From the IMG/VR virus record IMGVR_UViG_3300032224_001432, positions 1-56,753 of that record: a DNA stretch of 56,753 nt; one strand, 5' to 3'. Made by a program: the position numbers and the translations under genes. Below are positions 46,011 through 56,300 of the stretch, piece after piece. Each line of letters begins with the position of its first letter. Positions within the stretch are counted from its first letter, which is position 1. Below the pieces are notes generated by a model that did no database searches, was not told the origin of the DNA, and saw only the letters and a program-made list of their open reading frames with translations. The DNA is from a virus (taxonomy: Duplodnaviria > Caudoviricetes).

Positions 46011-49000
46011 ATGGCCAATAGCTTGCTCAACCCCGAGGGCGCGATGAAATCGCTCGAAGACGGGACGATCAACGCAGTCAGTTCGTTCTTCCCAGTAGAA
46101 GGCAAGAAGCACAAACTGGTAGCCACAAATATCTACGCAGGTAGCGACGTCGATCACGAAGATGTTGCTAGCCAGAAGAAAGCCAAGTTGCGCGGTCGCA
46201 CGTGGTCTGTGGGCGTATACGCTGACATGGACATGATCGACAAAGAGACTGGTAAGAAGATAGACAGCGTCAAGGGGATGAAGCTACTCAATCTCCCTAA
46301 GCTTACTAAGCGCTACTCCTTCATAGTTGACGGCGTTGAGTACCAAGCCGACAACCAATGGCGCCTTAAATCTGGTGTATATTCCAGACAGCGTGCTAAC
46401 GGTGAACTAGAAGCACAGTTCAACTTGGCGGAAGGTCGCGGCTTTCGCATGGACTTCTACCCAGCCAAACGCCAGTTCCTGCTGCGCTATGGTACGGCTA
46501 ATATCCAATTGCTTCCTGTACTACGAGCCCTCGGAGTTAAAGACTCAGAGATGCGTCAGTCATGGGGCGACAAGGTATTCGACGCCGTAGCCGCCAACAA
46601 GTCTCGGGGAGACGTACAGAAACTAGCCAAAGCGCTAGACTCTAGATTCTCTGGTGACGACAACGCGGCAGCTACACTTATAAAGGACAAGTACAGCCAA
46701 TCTGTATTACTGCCAGATACAACCAAGCTCACTCTTGGGAAAGAATACAATAAGGTCGAACCAGACACGCTTCTACGCGCATCTACTAAACTACTGAATA
46801 TTAACCGTGGTACGGAAGAGACTGACAACCGTGATTCACTACGATTCAAAGAACTGTGGACTATCGAGGATCACATTCCAGAGAGAATTATTAACTCTGG
46901 TAAACGCGCACAGTTTAAAATAAAGAACAACCTAGATAGAAAAGACAACATACGCGACGTAGTAACTACTGACATCTTTAATGTGCCAGTAAAGGCGTAC
47001 TTTACTACTACGTCACTGGCGCAGATGTCTCCGCAGCTAAACCCTGTTGAGATGGCCGCCGGTTTCTTACGTACCACCATTATGGGACAAGGCGCTATCA
47101 GTAGTGATCAGGCTATCTCTCTAGATGCCAAGATGATCGACCCAAGCATGTTGGGTGTTGTGGACCCAGTCCATACACCAGAAGGCAACGCAGGTATCAG
47201 TACGCACTTGACGCTAGGAACTGGCAAGCGCGGCAAAGATCCGACCATAAAGGTGTACGACACTAAGTCTAAGAAGCTTGTTGAGAAAACACCTACAGAG
47301 CTAGCCGCAGGCACTCTTGCTTTCCCAGATCAGTACGAGGAAAACAAAGACGGTCCTCCACACCCTAGACATGATCTGGTAACCGTCATACCAAAGGGCG
47401 GTGGTGACCCAACACAGGTCAAGCCTAGCGAAGTCGACTACATCATGCGTTCGCCTAAATCGATGTTCTCGGTTGTGGCTAACCTAGTTCCTTTCTTACC
47501 ATCGGACCAAGCCAACAGAGCTGGTATGGCGACCCGCCACATTAGTCAGGCTATCTCGCTAAAAGAGCGCCAAGCTCCTCTAGTGCAAGTAGCTGCCGCC
47601 ACGGGTAATCCTAAGATAGACACTTGGGAGAAAATCGTAGGTAAGACGGCGTCTAGCCAAGCCCCTGTAGACGGAACTATCTCTGAAGTAACTAATGAGA
47701 AAATAGTTATTCAGGGAGAAGACAAGAAGAAGTACGAAGTCGGTCTATACGATAACTATCCTCTTAACGAGAAGAAGTCGTACATAACCAGCCTTCCTCT
47801 TGTTAAAGCCGGCGATAAGGTAAAGAAAGACGATATTATCGCTGATACCAACTTCACCGATAAGGGCACTCTGGCACTGGGTAGAAACCTAAAGGTAGCC
47901 TACCTAGACTGGCAGGGAGCTACGTTTGAGGACGCTATCGTTGTAAGCGAGAAGGCTGCCAAAGACTTGACCAGTCTTCACCAGAGCAAGCCACGTGTCT
48001 ACTTAGACAAGGGTATGTCTCTTGGTCTATCCAGATTCAGAGCTAACTTCCCCGGTGTTGTAACCGACGAGAACGCAAAGAAGTTAGACGAAAATGGCGT
48101 TATCAAGAAAGGACAAGTTGTAAAGCCTGGCGACGTAATAATGACTGTCCTCAAAAAGACAGAGCCGTCGCCAGAACAGGTAATGTTAAAGGGCATCCAC
48201 AAAGCTCTAGCTAAGCCGTACAAAAACTCATCTGTTGTATGGGATTCCGACTACAGCGGCACTGTCACAGACGTAGCGGTTAACGGAAATGAAGTAGTAG
48301 CTTACGTCACCACCGAGGAGCCTCTTGAGATAGCTGACAAACTATCAAATAGACATGGCGGTAAGGGCGTCGTAAGTATGGTAGTTCCTACTGAGGAAAT
48401 GCCTAAGAACGCCGCTGGTGAGCCCATAGATATCATCGTGTCTCCGATGGGTGTCCCCGGTCGTATCAACATCGGTCAGGTATTAGAGACCATGTTAGGC
48501 AAGGTAGCCCATGAGAAAGGCACTACCTTTGCCGTAGACAACTTCCAGACAGAGAACGGTAAGAAGATCGTTCAGGTGGAAGGACACTACAGAACAGTTA
48601 AGGGCGAGGGCGGTCAGACCAAAGAAGTATGGGTCAAGCCGCACACGCGAGAGCTAGGCTACCAAGACATAGTCAAAGAAGTATTAGCTCAGAATAAGGT
48701 GGACGATACTGAGGAACTGTTTGACCCGCAGACCAAGAAGAGCTTCGGCAAGGTTCTAACGGGCTTTCAGTATTTCATCAAGCTTACCCACCAAGTAGAC
48801 AAGAAGATGGCTGGTCGTAGCCACGGCTACGGTAATGACTACGACGCGACACTAATACCCAAGGGTGGTGGTGATGCTGGAGCCCAGAGATATGGCGAGC
48901 TAGGTCTTTATGCCATGTTGGCGCACGGTGCTACTAACGAACTGCGCGATACAATGACGTACAAGTCTGACAAGGCGCAGCAAGATGTGTGGACAGCCAT

Positions 49001-52000
49001 ACAAACAGGCGAACCGCTGCCAGCGCCTAAAAACGCTTTTGCCTATGATAAATTCGTAGCGTATTTGCGTTCGGTAGGTCTCGATATCGAGAAAGACGGA
49101 AACGAGATGCGTCTCGTTCCGTTTACCGACGATGACATCAAGAAGGTAAGCAATGGCGCTCTTACAGACGCGTCTAAGGTCTTGCGTGGCAAAGACCTAA
49201 GACCAGAGCCGGGCGGTCTATTTGACGAGAAAATAACTGGTGGACCTGGCGGTAAGAATTTCGCACACATACCACTGGAAGAGCGTATCCCTAATCCAGT
49301 ATTCGAGCGTGCGATTATGTCGCTGCTCGGTGTCACTGGTAAAGAGTACGACTCTATTATTAGCGGGGATATGAAGATAGATGGCAAGACAGGTCCGTCT
49401 GCCATAGTCGACGCACTAGCTAAGATTAACGTGGACAGCGAACTAAAAGATGCCAAAGAAGATCTAAAAACTGCCAGAAGAAGCAACTTAGACGCCGCAT
49501 ACAAGCGTGTTAAGTATTTGACGGCAATAAAGAACATAGGCAAGAGCGCTGATAAAGCATACAGCCTAAGCGCCATTCCCGTCATTCCTCCAGTGTTCAG
49601 ACCTATCACGTCTATGGAGGGCGGCGATCTAAATGTTGATGGTGTCAACCTTCTATATAGAGATGTGGCGATGCTCAACGAGCAGTACGCATCTAGCAAG
49701 AAGGTTCTGCCTGAATCGGCACTAGCCCCTATACGTAAAGATACGTACGAAGCGGTTAGCTCTCTAATAGGCATAGACTCCAGACAAGCCGGTGTCACAG
49801 CCAATGGAGAAGTGAAGCCTCCAGGCATATTAACCATTTTGTCAGGGCGCAGCTCTCCAAAAGAAAGCTACGTCCACACGAAGCTGATGGACCGCCGTCA
49901 GGATCTAACAGGTCGTTCTGTTATTACTCCTGACCAGACTCTAGGCCTCGATCAACTTGGTTTGCCCAAAGACATTGCTTACGAGATATACCGTCCGTTT
50001 GCTGTCTCTGAGCTAACCAAAATGGGTTACACACCACTGGCAGCTAGAGAGGAGCTAGCTAAGCGCACTCCTCTTGCAGAGCGCGCCTTAGAGATCGCAA
50101 CGCAGAAGCGTCCTGTGTTCTTTAAGCGCGACCCCGTACTACATAAGTTCGGTATCATGGCCTTCTACCCAAAGCTGCACGAAGGCAAGAGCATAAAGAT
50201 CCACCCTCTAGTTACGGGCGGCTTTAATGCTGACTTCGATGGCGACACCATGGCGGTATTCGTACCAGTGTCATCACAAGCTGTTGACGACGCCAAGAAG
50301 ATGTTGCCATCAAACAACCTATTCAACTTCGGCTCTGGTAAAGTAGAGTACCAGCCAAGCCTAGGTGGACAGTTGGGACTGTATCTATCCACACAGTTCG
50401 GTAAGGACAGTGGAAAGGTGTTCTCCTCAATGAAAGACGTAGTAGATGCGTCTAACAGAGGAGAAATTGCGCCAACCGACGTCATAAAGGTCGATGGCAA
50501 AAAGACGACTGCAGGAAGAATACAAATCTATGCGGCGCTGCCAGATAACGTACGTACTGACGACATGCTTACTGACCCAGGGTTTACTCTGGAGAAGAAG
50601 AACCTTCAGAAGGTGATGAAGTCGGTAGCCACTAAAGCACCGGCAGAGTTTGCCGTTACGATGGATAAGCTGAAGAACATTGGCTTTAGACATCAGCACG
50701 ATACTGGCTTCTCGTACTCTGCCGCCGACTTCGATACCTTGTCGGAACTACGTGATAGCGTACTAAAGCAGGCTAACGCCAAGGCCAAGTTGGTACACAA
50801 CTCGTCTCTGTCACAAGCTGACAAAGATAAGAAACTTGTGCAGATCTACACAGACGCCACTGTAGAGATGACCAACAAGGCTAAGCCTCTGCTGGACAAG
50901 AGCGGTAGCAAGCTGTACGCCATGAACAAGGCAGGCACCAAGCCAGCGTGGGAACAGGTTCAGCAAATGATCCTGGCCCCAATGCTACTGGCAAATGCTC
51001 GCGGTCGTGTCATTCCAGCCCCCGTTACTCGTTCTTACGCAGAGGGTCTAGATACTGCCGGTTACTGGACCGCAAGCTCAGGTGCCAGAAAGGGACTCAT
51101 AAACAAGGTCCAGTCTGTACAGAAACCCGGTGTTTTATCTAAGCAAATAATAAACGCCACTGTACCGTACTCTGTTACGGAGAACGATTGCGGAACTACA
51201 AAGGCTGTGGCTTTGGACATAGACGAGCCGGACGTAATTGGCCGCGTTCTGCCTAAGGACGTGACTGCTGGTGGGCACACCTACAAGGCCGGTACGGTTC
51301 TTACTACCAACGTGGTAGATAAGATGAAGCAGGCCAAAGTTAGTAGAGTCGCAGTGCGCTCCGTGCTTAAGTGCCAAGCCAAGCAAGGTCTATGCCAGAA
51401 ATGCTTTGGTGAGGGCGTCGATGGCAAGTTCCCAGACATAGGCACAAACCTAGGTGTTCTGGCGGGACAGTCCATCGGTGAACGCGGCACGCAGCTAGCC
51501 ATGAAAGAGTTCCACCTAGGCGGCTTGGCTGGAACTCAAAGCCGTGTTGCCTCTGGTGTAGACAGAGTTTTCGAGCTTCTCAAGATGCCTGAAACGCTGC
51601 CCAACGCAGCCACGCTGTCTACAGTTAGTGGTAAGGTGCAAGCTGTAAACAAGAGTCCTCTAGGCGGTTTTGATATTAAGGTCGCTGGAGAAACCCACTA
51701 CGTTCCAGGTGGTAGAGAGCCTGCTGTAAAGGCAGGAGATGACGTAGAGAAGGGAGCTCGTCTGTCAACAGGCACCATCGATCCTCGTGAACTGATGGAC
51801 CTGACAGGCACAGACCAGGTGCAGCGCTACATGACGGATGAGTTACATGGCGCGTACGCATCCGAAGGTATCAAGCGTAGAAACGCTGAGGTCGTAGTAA
51901 AGGCTATGACTAATCTGTCCAGAGTTGTAGACCCAGGAGATTCTGACGAACTTATTCGCGGTGATATGGTGTCTACCAATTACGCGGAGGCGTTGAACAG

Positions 52001-52241
52001 AGAAAAGGGCTTCAAAAATCCTATCGTAACTGAACCAGTTCTACGTGGTTTAGAGACGTTACCGCTAGACAGAAGCACAGACTGGATGGCGCGTCTGCAA
52101 TACAGAAAACTAAAGGATACCTACCTGCGTGGCGCGGCTGAGGGTTGGAGATCCGATATCCATGGTATGTCGCCAGTACCTGGGTTAATCTACTCTTCTG
52201 AGTTCGGAAAGCCGCCCTCTGGCAGCAAGAGTCCTTACTAA
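46011..52241 (+). CDS. rpoBC: Single-chain fused DNA-directed RNA polymerase beta-beta'
   Basis: beta: HTPEG, DQANRAGM, FEDAIVVS, DKLSNRHGGKGVV, PMGVPGRINIGQ, KLTHQVDKK, AQRYGE. beta': LTGRSVI, RDPVLH, NADFDGD (50226-50246), GARKG bridge helix, C-x6-C-x2-C Zn site, QSIGERGTQLAMKEFHLGG trigger loop. One uninterrupted frame. Confidence 0.97.
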   Translation: MANSLLNPEGAMKSLEDGTINAVSSFFPVEGKKHKLVATNIYAGSDVDHEDVASQKKAKLRGRTWSVGVYADMDMIDKETGKKIDSVKGMKLLNLPKLTKRYSFIVDGVEYQADNQWRLKSGVYSRQRANGELEAQFNLAEGRGFRMDFYPAKRQFLLRYGTANIQLLPVLRALGVKDSEMRQSWGDKVFDAVAANKSRGDVQKLAKALDSRFSGDDNAAATLIKDKYSQSVLLPDTTKLTLGKEYNKVEPDTLLRASTKLLNINRGTEETDNRDSLRFKELWTIEDHIPERIINSGKRAQFKIKNNLDRKDNIRDVVTTDIFNVPVKAYFTTTSLAQMSPQLNPVEMAAGFLRTTIMGQGAISSDQAISLDAKMIDPSMLGVVDPVHTPEGNAGISTHLTLGTGKRGKDPTIKVYDTKSKKLVEKTPTELAAGTLAFPDQYEENKDGPPHPRHDLVTVIPKGGGDPTQVKPSEVDYIMRSPKSMFSVVANLVPFLPSDQANRAGMATRHISQAISLKERQAPLVQVAAATGNPKIDTWEKIVGKTASSQAPVDGTISEVTNEKIVIQGEDKKKYEVGLYDNYPLNEKKSYITSLPLVKAGDKVKKDDIIADTNFTDKGTLALGRNLKVAYLDWQGATFEDAIVVSEKAAKDLTSLHQSKPRVYLDKGMSLGLSRFRANFPGVVTDENAKKLDENGVIKKGQVVKPGDVIMTVLKKTEPSPEQVMLKGIHKALAKPYKNSSVVWDSDYSGTVTDVAVNGNEVVAYVTTEEPLEIADKLSNRHGGKGVVSMVVPTEEMPKNAAGEPIDIIVSPMGVPGRINIGQVLETMLGKVAHEKGTTFAVDNFQTENGKKIVQVEGHYRTVKGEGGQTKEVWVKPHTRELGYQDIVKEVLAQNKVDDTEELFDPQTKKSFGKVLTGFQYFIKLTHQVDKKMAGRSHGYGNDYDATLIPKGGGDAGAQRYGELGLYAMLAHGATNELRDTMTYKSDKAQQDVWTAIQTGEPLPAPKNAFAYDKFVAYLRSVGLDIEKDGNEMRLVPFTDDDIKKVSNGALTDASKVLRGKDLRPEPGGLFDEKITGGPGGKNFAHIPLEERIPNPVFERAIMSLLGVTGKEYDSIISGDMKIDGKTGPSAIVDALAKINVDSELKDAKEDLKTARRSNLDAAYKRVKYLTAIKNIGKSADKAYSLSAIPVIPPVFRPITSMEGGDLNVDGVNLLYRDVAMLNEQYASSKKVLPESALAPIRKDTYEAVSSLIGIDSRQAGVTANGEVKPPGILTILSGRSSPKESYVHTKLMDRRQDLTGRSVITPDQTLGLDQLGLPKDIAYEIYRPFAVSELTKMGYTPLAAREELAKRTPLAERALEIATQKRPVFFKRDPVLHKFGIMAFYPKLHEGKSIKIHPLVTGGFNADFDGDTMAVFVPVSSQAVDDAKKMLPSNNLFNFGSGKVEYQPSLGGQLGLYLSTQFGKDSGKVFSSMKDVVDASNRGEIAPTDVIKVDGKKTTAGRIQIYAALPDNVRTDDMLTDPGFTLEKKNLQKVMKSVATKAPAEFAVTMDKLKNIGFRHQHDTGFSYSAADFDTLSELRDSVLKQANAKAKLVHNSSLSQADKDKKLVQIYTDATVEMTNKAKPLLDKSGSKLYAMNKAGTKPAWEQVQQMILAPMLLANARGRVIPAPVTRSYAEGLDTAGYWTASSGARKGLINKVQSVQKPGVLSKQIINATVPYSVTENDCGTTKAVALDIDEPDVIGRVLPKDVTAGGHTYKAGTVLTTNVVDKMKQAKVSRVAVRSVLKCQAKQGLCQKCFGEGVDGKFPDIGTNLGVLAGQSIGERGTQLAMKEFHLGGLAGTQSRVASGVDRVFELLKMPETLPNAATLSTVSGKVQAVNKSPLGGFDIKVAGETHYVPGGREPAVKAGDDVEKGARLSTGTIDPRELMDLTGTDQVQRYMTDELHGAYASEGIKRRNAEVVVKAMTNLSRVVDPGDSDELIRGDMVSTNYAEALNREKGFKNPIVTEPVLRGLETLPLDRSTDWMARLQYRKLKDTYLRGAAEGWRSDIHGMSPVPGLIYSSEFGKPPSGSKSPY

Positions 52242-53356
52242 TGATAGAGCTAGCCAAAGTAATAAAGGTCAGCCCTAGAGAGAAGACGGTAGACCTACAA
52301 TGCGTCAACACACATCGCACTCCGATGTCTGTTCCGCTTATCTATCAGAACATGCACCCGGACCATGATGGCGGTACGGACTTCATGCCTGAAGAAGGTG
52401 CCTACTGCTTCATAGCTTTCCCCACTGATGGTAGTTCTCCAGCCATTCTGGGATTTGTAAATAAGCCTAGTTATGGAGCAGCCGTAGATGATTCTGGCAC
52501 AGCTCTAGAAGAGCCTGATCCTGTACCAGAGCTTAGCTACTCATACAACAGAGCCGCGCTGGACCCAGGCGACCATCGAGTAGCAACCGCTGACGGAAAT
52601 CATTTGACTCTTCGTAGAGGCGGTGTAGTCGAGATAGGGTCTACGCCCCTATCCCAGTTAATGTTCATACCTATAGAAAACGTAGTGCGCTTCTACGCGC
52701 AGCGCTATCAACTACGTTCTCCGTTGGGTGAAATAGATTGGGGACACGTAGAACTGACTAATAACGGCTCGATTAAATTCGATGCTAATAAAGCTACGCC
52801 TGTTTTAGTTAGATACGGGATAAAAGAGACTGCCCAAGAGAACGTTACCGAGCACTACACCGTAGAGGTACGTGCCGGACAAGTTGATCCTGAAACACAG
52901 GACGGCGCAAACGTAGCACATCATTTTGCCCACACGTTTAGCCAACAATCAGTACAACAGTTCACACCACCAAAAGATAAGGGCGTAATATCTATATGTG
53001 TGTTTGACCACACTAATAACAACGCCGGTACTTTCGTATTTCAGGTGAACCGTGACGGTAATGTATACGTTAGCGCTGCCGTAGATGTGTTCATACATGC
53101 TAGAAAAGCGTATCTAACGGCAGAAGAACTAAAGGCCAAGATTGCTACAATCGTGGCACTTGAGTCGCCTAAGATAATACTTGGAGCTCTAGCAGATGGA
53201 TCAGTGGTTCCGGATGGAATTTATAAAGCGCTGTTAGGAGAAGCGGTCATAAACTGGCTGAACTCACACACGCACTCCCATCCGATGGGTCCTACGCTAA
53301 CGCCAGTAGACCCTGCAACTAGCGCGCTCCTATCAGACGTTGTAAAACTAAAATAA
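52241..53356 (+). CDS. Baseplate central spike (P2 gpV / gp138-like)
   Basis: N-terminal OB-fold pattern MPEEGAYCFIAF...AILGFV; C-terminal NSHTHSHPMGPT HxH tip; TAATG-coupled to the RNAP stop. Confidence 0.75.
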   Translation: MIELAKVIKVSPREKTVDLQCVNTHRTPMSVPLIYQNMHPDHDGGTDFMPEEGAYCFIAFPTDGSSPAILGFVNKPSYGAAVDDSGTALEEPDPVPELSYSYNRAALDPGDHRVATADGNHLTLRRGGVVEIGSTPLSQLMFIPIENVVRFYAQRYQLRSPLGEIDWGHVELTNNGSIKFDANKATPVLVRYGIKETAQENVTEHYTVEVRAGQVDPETQDGANVAHHFAHTFSQQSVQQFTPPKDKGVISICVFDHTNNNAGTFVFQVNRDGNVYVSAAVDVFIHARKAYLTAEELKAKIATIVALESPKIILGALADGSVVPDGIYKALLGEAVINWLNSHTHSHPMGPTLTPVDPATSALLSDVVKLK

Positions 53357-53375
53357 TACTTAACAGGTGCCTACT

Positions 53376-56300
53376 ATGACTGAGGCTCAGCTAAAAGATG
53401 CACTACTAGCCGCGTACCGCGCCTATAACACCACAGACGAATCTGCGGTTAAGCATGCGCTAATAGACTTTATCAATACGCTTACTGTCGGTGTAGCTGA
53501 CCTTCAGGCTGAGCCAGAGAAGTCTAAGCAATTAGAATACATAAAGTACCAGCAATATTTGATATCTGACAAGTTCGCAGAAACGTTTATAGATGAGCAA
53601 ACCACCGGTGCATATCTCAGCGTAATAAAAAACGCTGTAGGAGTGGACTCCACCGTAATTAGCGTTAGCACGCCTGTAAATCTAGGCGGCGTGACTATAC
53701 AAAACACAGACGTACAAGGCATAAATACTCCTGCAGCGTGGGCCGCAGGGTCTTACGCACAGAAATCGGTAGTCACTCACATAGGCAGTACTTGGTTTGC
53801 TAACTCGGCCACCGTGGCTGCAGATGTTCCAGGCACTTCTTCTAAATGGGTTCTTCATAACATAGCAGGCACGCCTAGAATAGTTCGCGTTAAACTATCC
53901 GGCGGTCCACCACAAGTTAATGACCAGATACGTCTGTCCATAGGCGCTACCCAGTACACCTATACGTTTACGGCTAACGACACCACCGTAAACGATCATG
54001 TGGCAGGCTTATCTAAGCTAGCATCTGTAAACACCAGTTACAAAATAGCGAACACAACATCGGCTTTAAAAGAACTGAGCGTAGGCGTAGCCAATAGTGT
54101 GTGGCAAACGTCTTTAACATCCATTGGCATATTCCTGTGGCAACCTCAGATCTATCCAATCAATTCCGTCGTTTTTTACAACAGTCAAACATGGGTTAGC
54201 ACGGGAGCTACCACGGCGGCTGACGTACCAGGCACGTCTCCTTTATGGATAACATACACCATCGGATCAGCTGGTGGTGACCTTACTGGTACATATCCCT
54301 ACCCCACACTTGCTGCTATTACTACAGCTACCACCAAGGGTAGCTCTACTAAGGTTCCAGTTATTACCATTGATACAAAGGGACGAGTTACGTCTCTTAC
54401 CGACGTAGACGTATCCGGAGGCGGAGGAGCACCCAGCGGTCCTGCTGGTGGCGACCTTACTGGAACCTACCCAAATCCTACGCTAGCTGCTGTAGCAACC
54501 GCTGCTACCAAGGGGTCAGCGTCTAAGTCTGTTACAGCGACCATTGACGCAAAAGGACGCGTTACATCTCTGAGTGATCAGGATATTGCAATCACCAAGG
54601 CCCAAGCAGGGTTAGCTAACGTCGACAACACAGCAGATGCCAGCAAGAATGTGCTCTATGCGACTACCGCAGGAAGTGCTCCTCCATCAGGGTCGGCTGG
54701 CGGCGACCTGACCGGAAACTATCCGAACCCCACCCTCGCGAGCGTCACGACCGCCGCTACCAGGGGGGCGGCCGACAAGACCGTCACCGTGACGTTGGAC
54801 GCTAAGGGTCGGATAACCACGCTGACCGAGCAGTCCATCTCGATCACACCGTCTCAGGCGGGTCTCGGCAACGTCGACAATGTCCAGCAGATCCCCATAT
54901 CGTATCTGGATACCGACGGGACGCTGGCTGCAAACTCTGACACCAAGGTTCCCAGTCAGAAGGCGGTGAAGACCTACGTCGATACGGTGGCTACCGGTGT
55001 CATGCGCTTTATGGGCAGCACTGACTGCTCCGCCAACCCTAACTACCCGAGCGCCAAGAAGGGTGAAGCCTACGTGGTCTCGGTGGCGGGAAAGATCGGC
55101 GGAGCATCTGGCATTACTGTTGAGGTGGGCGACGTGTACGTCGCCATTGCCGACAACGCTGGCGGAACACAAGCGGCCGTTGGCTTTAGTTGGGACGTTC
55201 TGCAGTACAACATCGTTGGCCCATTATTAGCCAGTAATAATCTATCCGATCTGACCAACACCGCAACGGCGCGGACGAACATTGGCCTGGGTAATGTCGA
55301 CAACACGGCGGACGCCAATAAGAACGTCCTGTACGCCGCTACGGCGGGTGGGGCTCCACCTACGGGCGCGGCTGGTGGAGATCTGACTGGGACCTATCCG
55401 AATCCTACCTTGGCAGCCGTTGCTACAGCAGCCACCAAAGGGTCTGCATCCAAGACTGTGACGGCGACCATCGATGCAAAGGGCCGCGTCACATCCTTGA
55501 GTGATCAGGACATTGCAATCACGGAGAGCCAGGTTACGAACCTGACCACCGACCTTGCCGGCAAGCTGTCGCTGACCGGTGGCTCGATGACGGGCAACAT
55601 CACGTTCGACGGTGTGCACACGGTCAAGGGCATCCCGTCGCCCTCCACAGGAACGGATGCCGCGAACAAGGCGTACGTGGACTCGGTGGCCGGTGGAGCA
55701 ACGCCTGGTCTGTATGGTTCGTTCTACGACACGACCAACCAATACGCCGCAGCCATCAACACCGGTTACCCGATTACGCTTGATACGCCTGTCGAGTACA
55801 ATGGGGTGTCGATTGTCAGTGGCAGCCGCATCACCGTTGCCTCAGGCGGCGTGTTCAACATCCAGTTCTCCGCACAGCTGGTCAACGAGGACACGTCGAT
55901 TCGCGAAGTTACCATGTGGATCAAGCTCAACGGCGTCAATGTGACGTACTCTGCGGGCGCGGTCAGCGTGCCCAATAGCCACGGCGGCACGCACGGGCAG
56001 ATTATCGCGGCGTGGAATTATGTGATGACGCTGGCTGCGGGAGACTACATTCAGTTCTACTGGGAGACGCCCAGCACGCAGGTCCATATTGAGCCTGTGC
56101 CGGATGGCGCGGCGCCTGTCAGCCCGAGCATGATTGTCACTGTGCAGCAGGTCGCCTCGACCGTTGCTGGACCGACAGGTCCTGCAGGAACGAGTCTGCT
56201 GTACGGCAGCACGGCTCCTGGTTCGGGCACGGGCAACGACGGCGACTTCTACATCAACACGACGAACAACTACCTGTACGGCCCGAAGGCCTCAGGTGCG

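Noticed and set aside
46011-52241. Host chromosomal rpoBC locus or chimeric assembly
   Set aside because: No ribosomal-protein neighbours; flanked by portal and spike with coupled stop/start; same codon style as the phage genes; strongly reduced domains
33439-52241. Inteins or introns in polymerase, helicases, RecA or RNAP
   Set aside because: Motif spacing leaves no large unexplained insert, and no intein termini or homing-endonuclease motifs were seen; the notable RNAP insert is the ~33-aa hairpin
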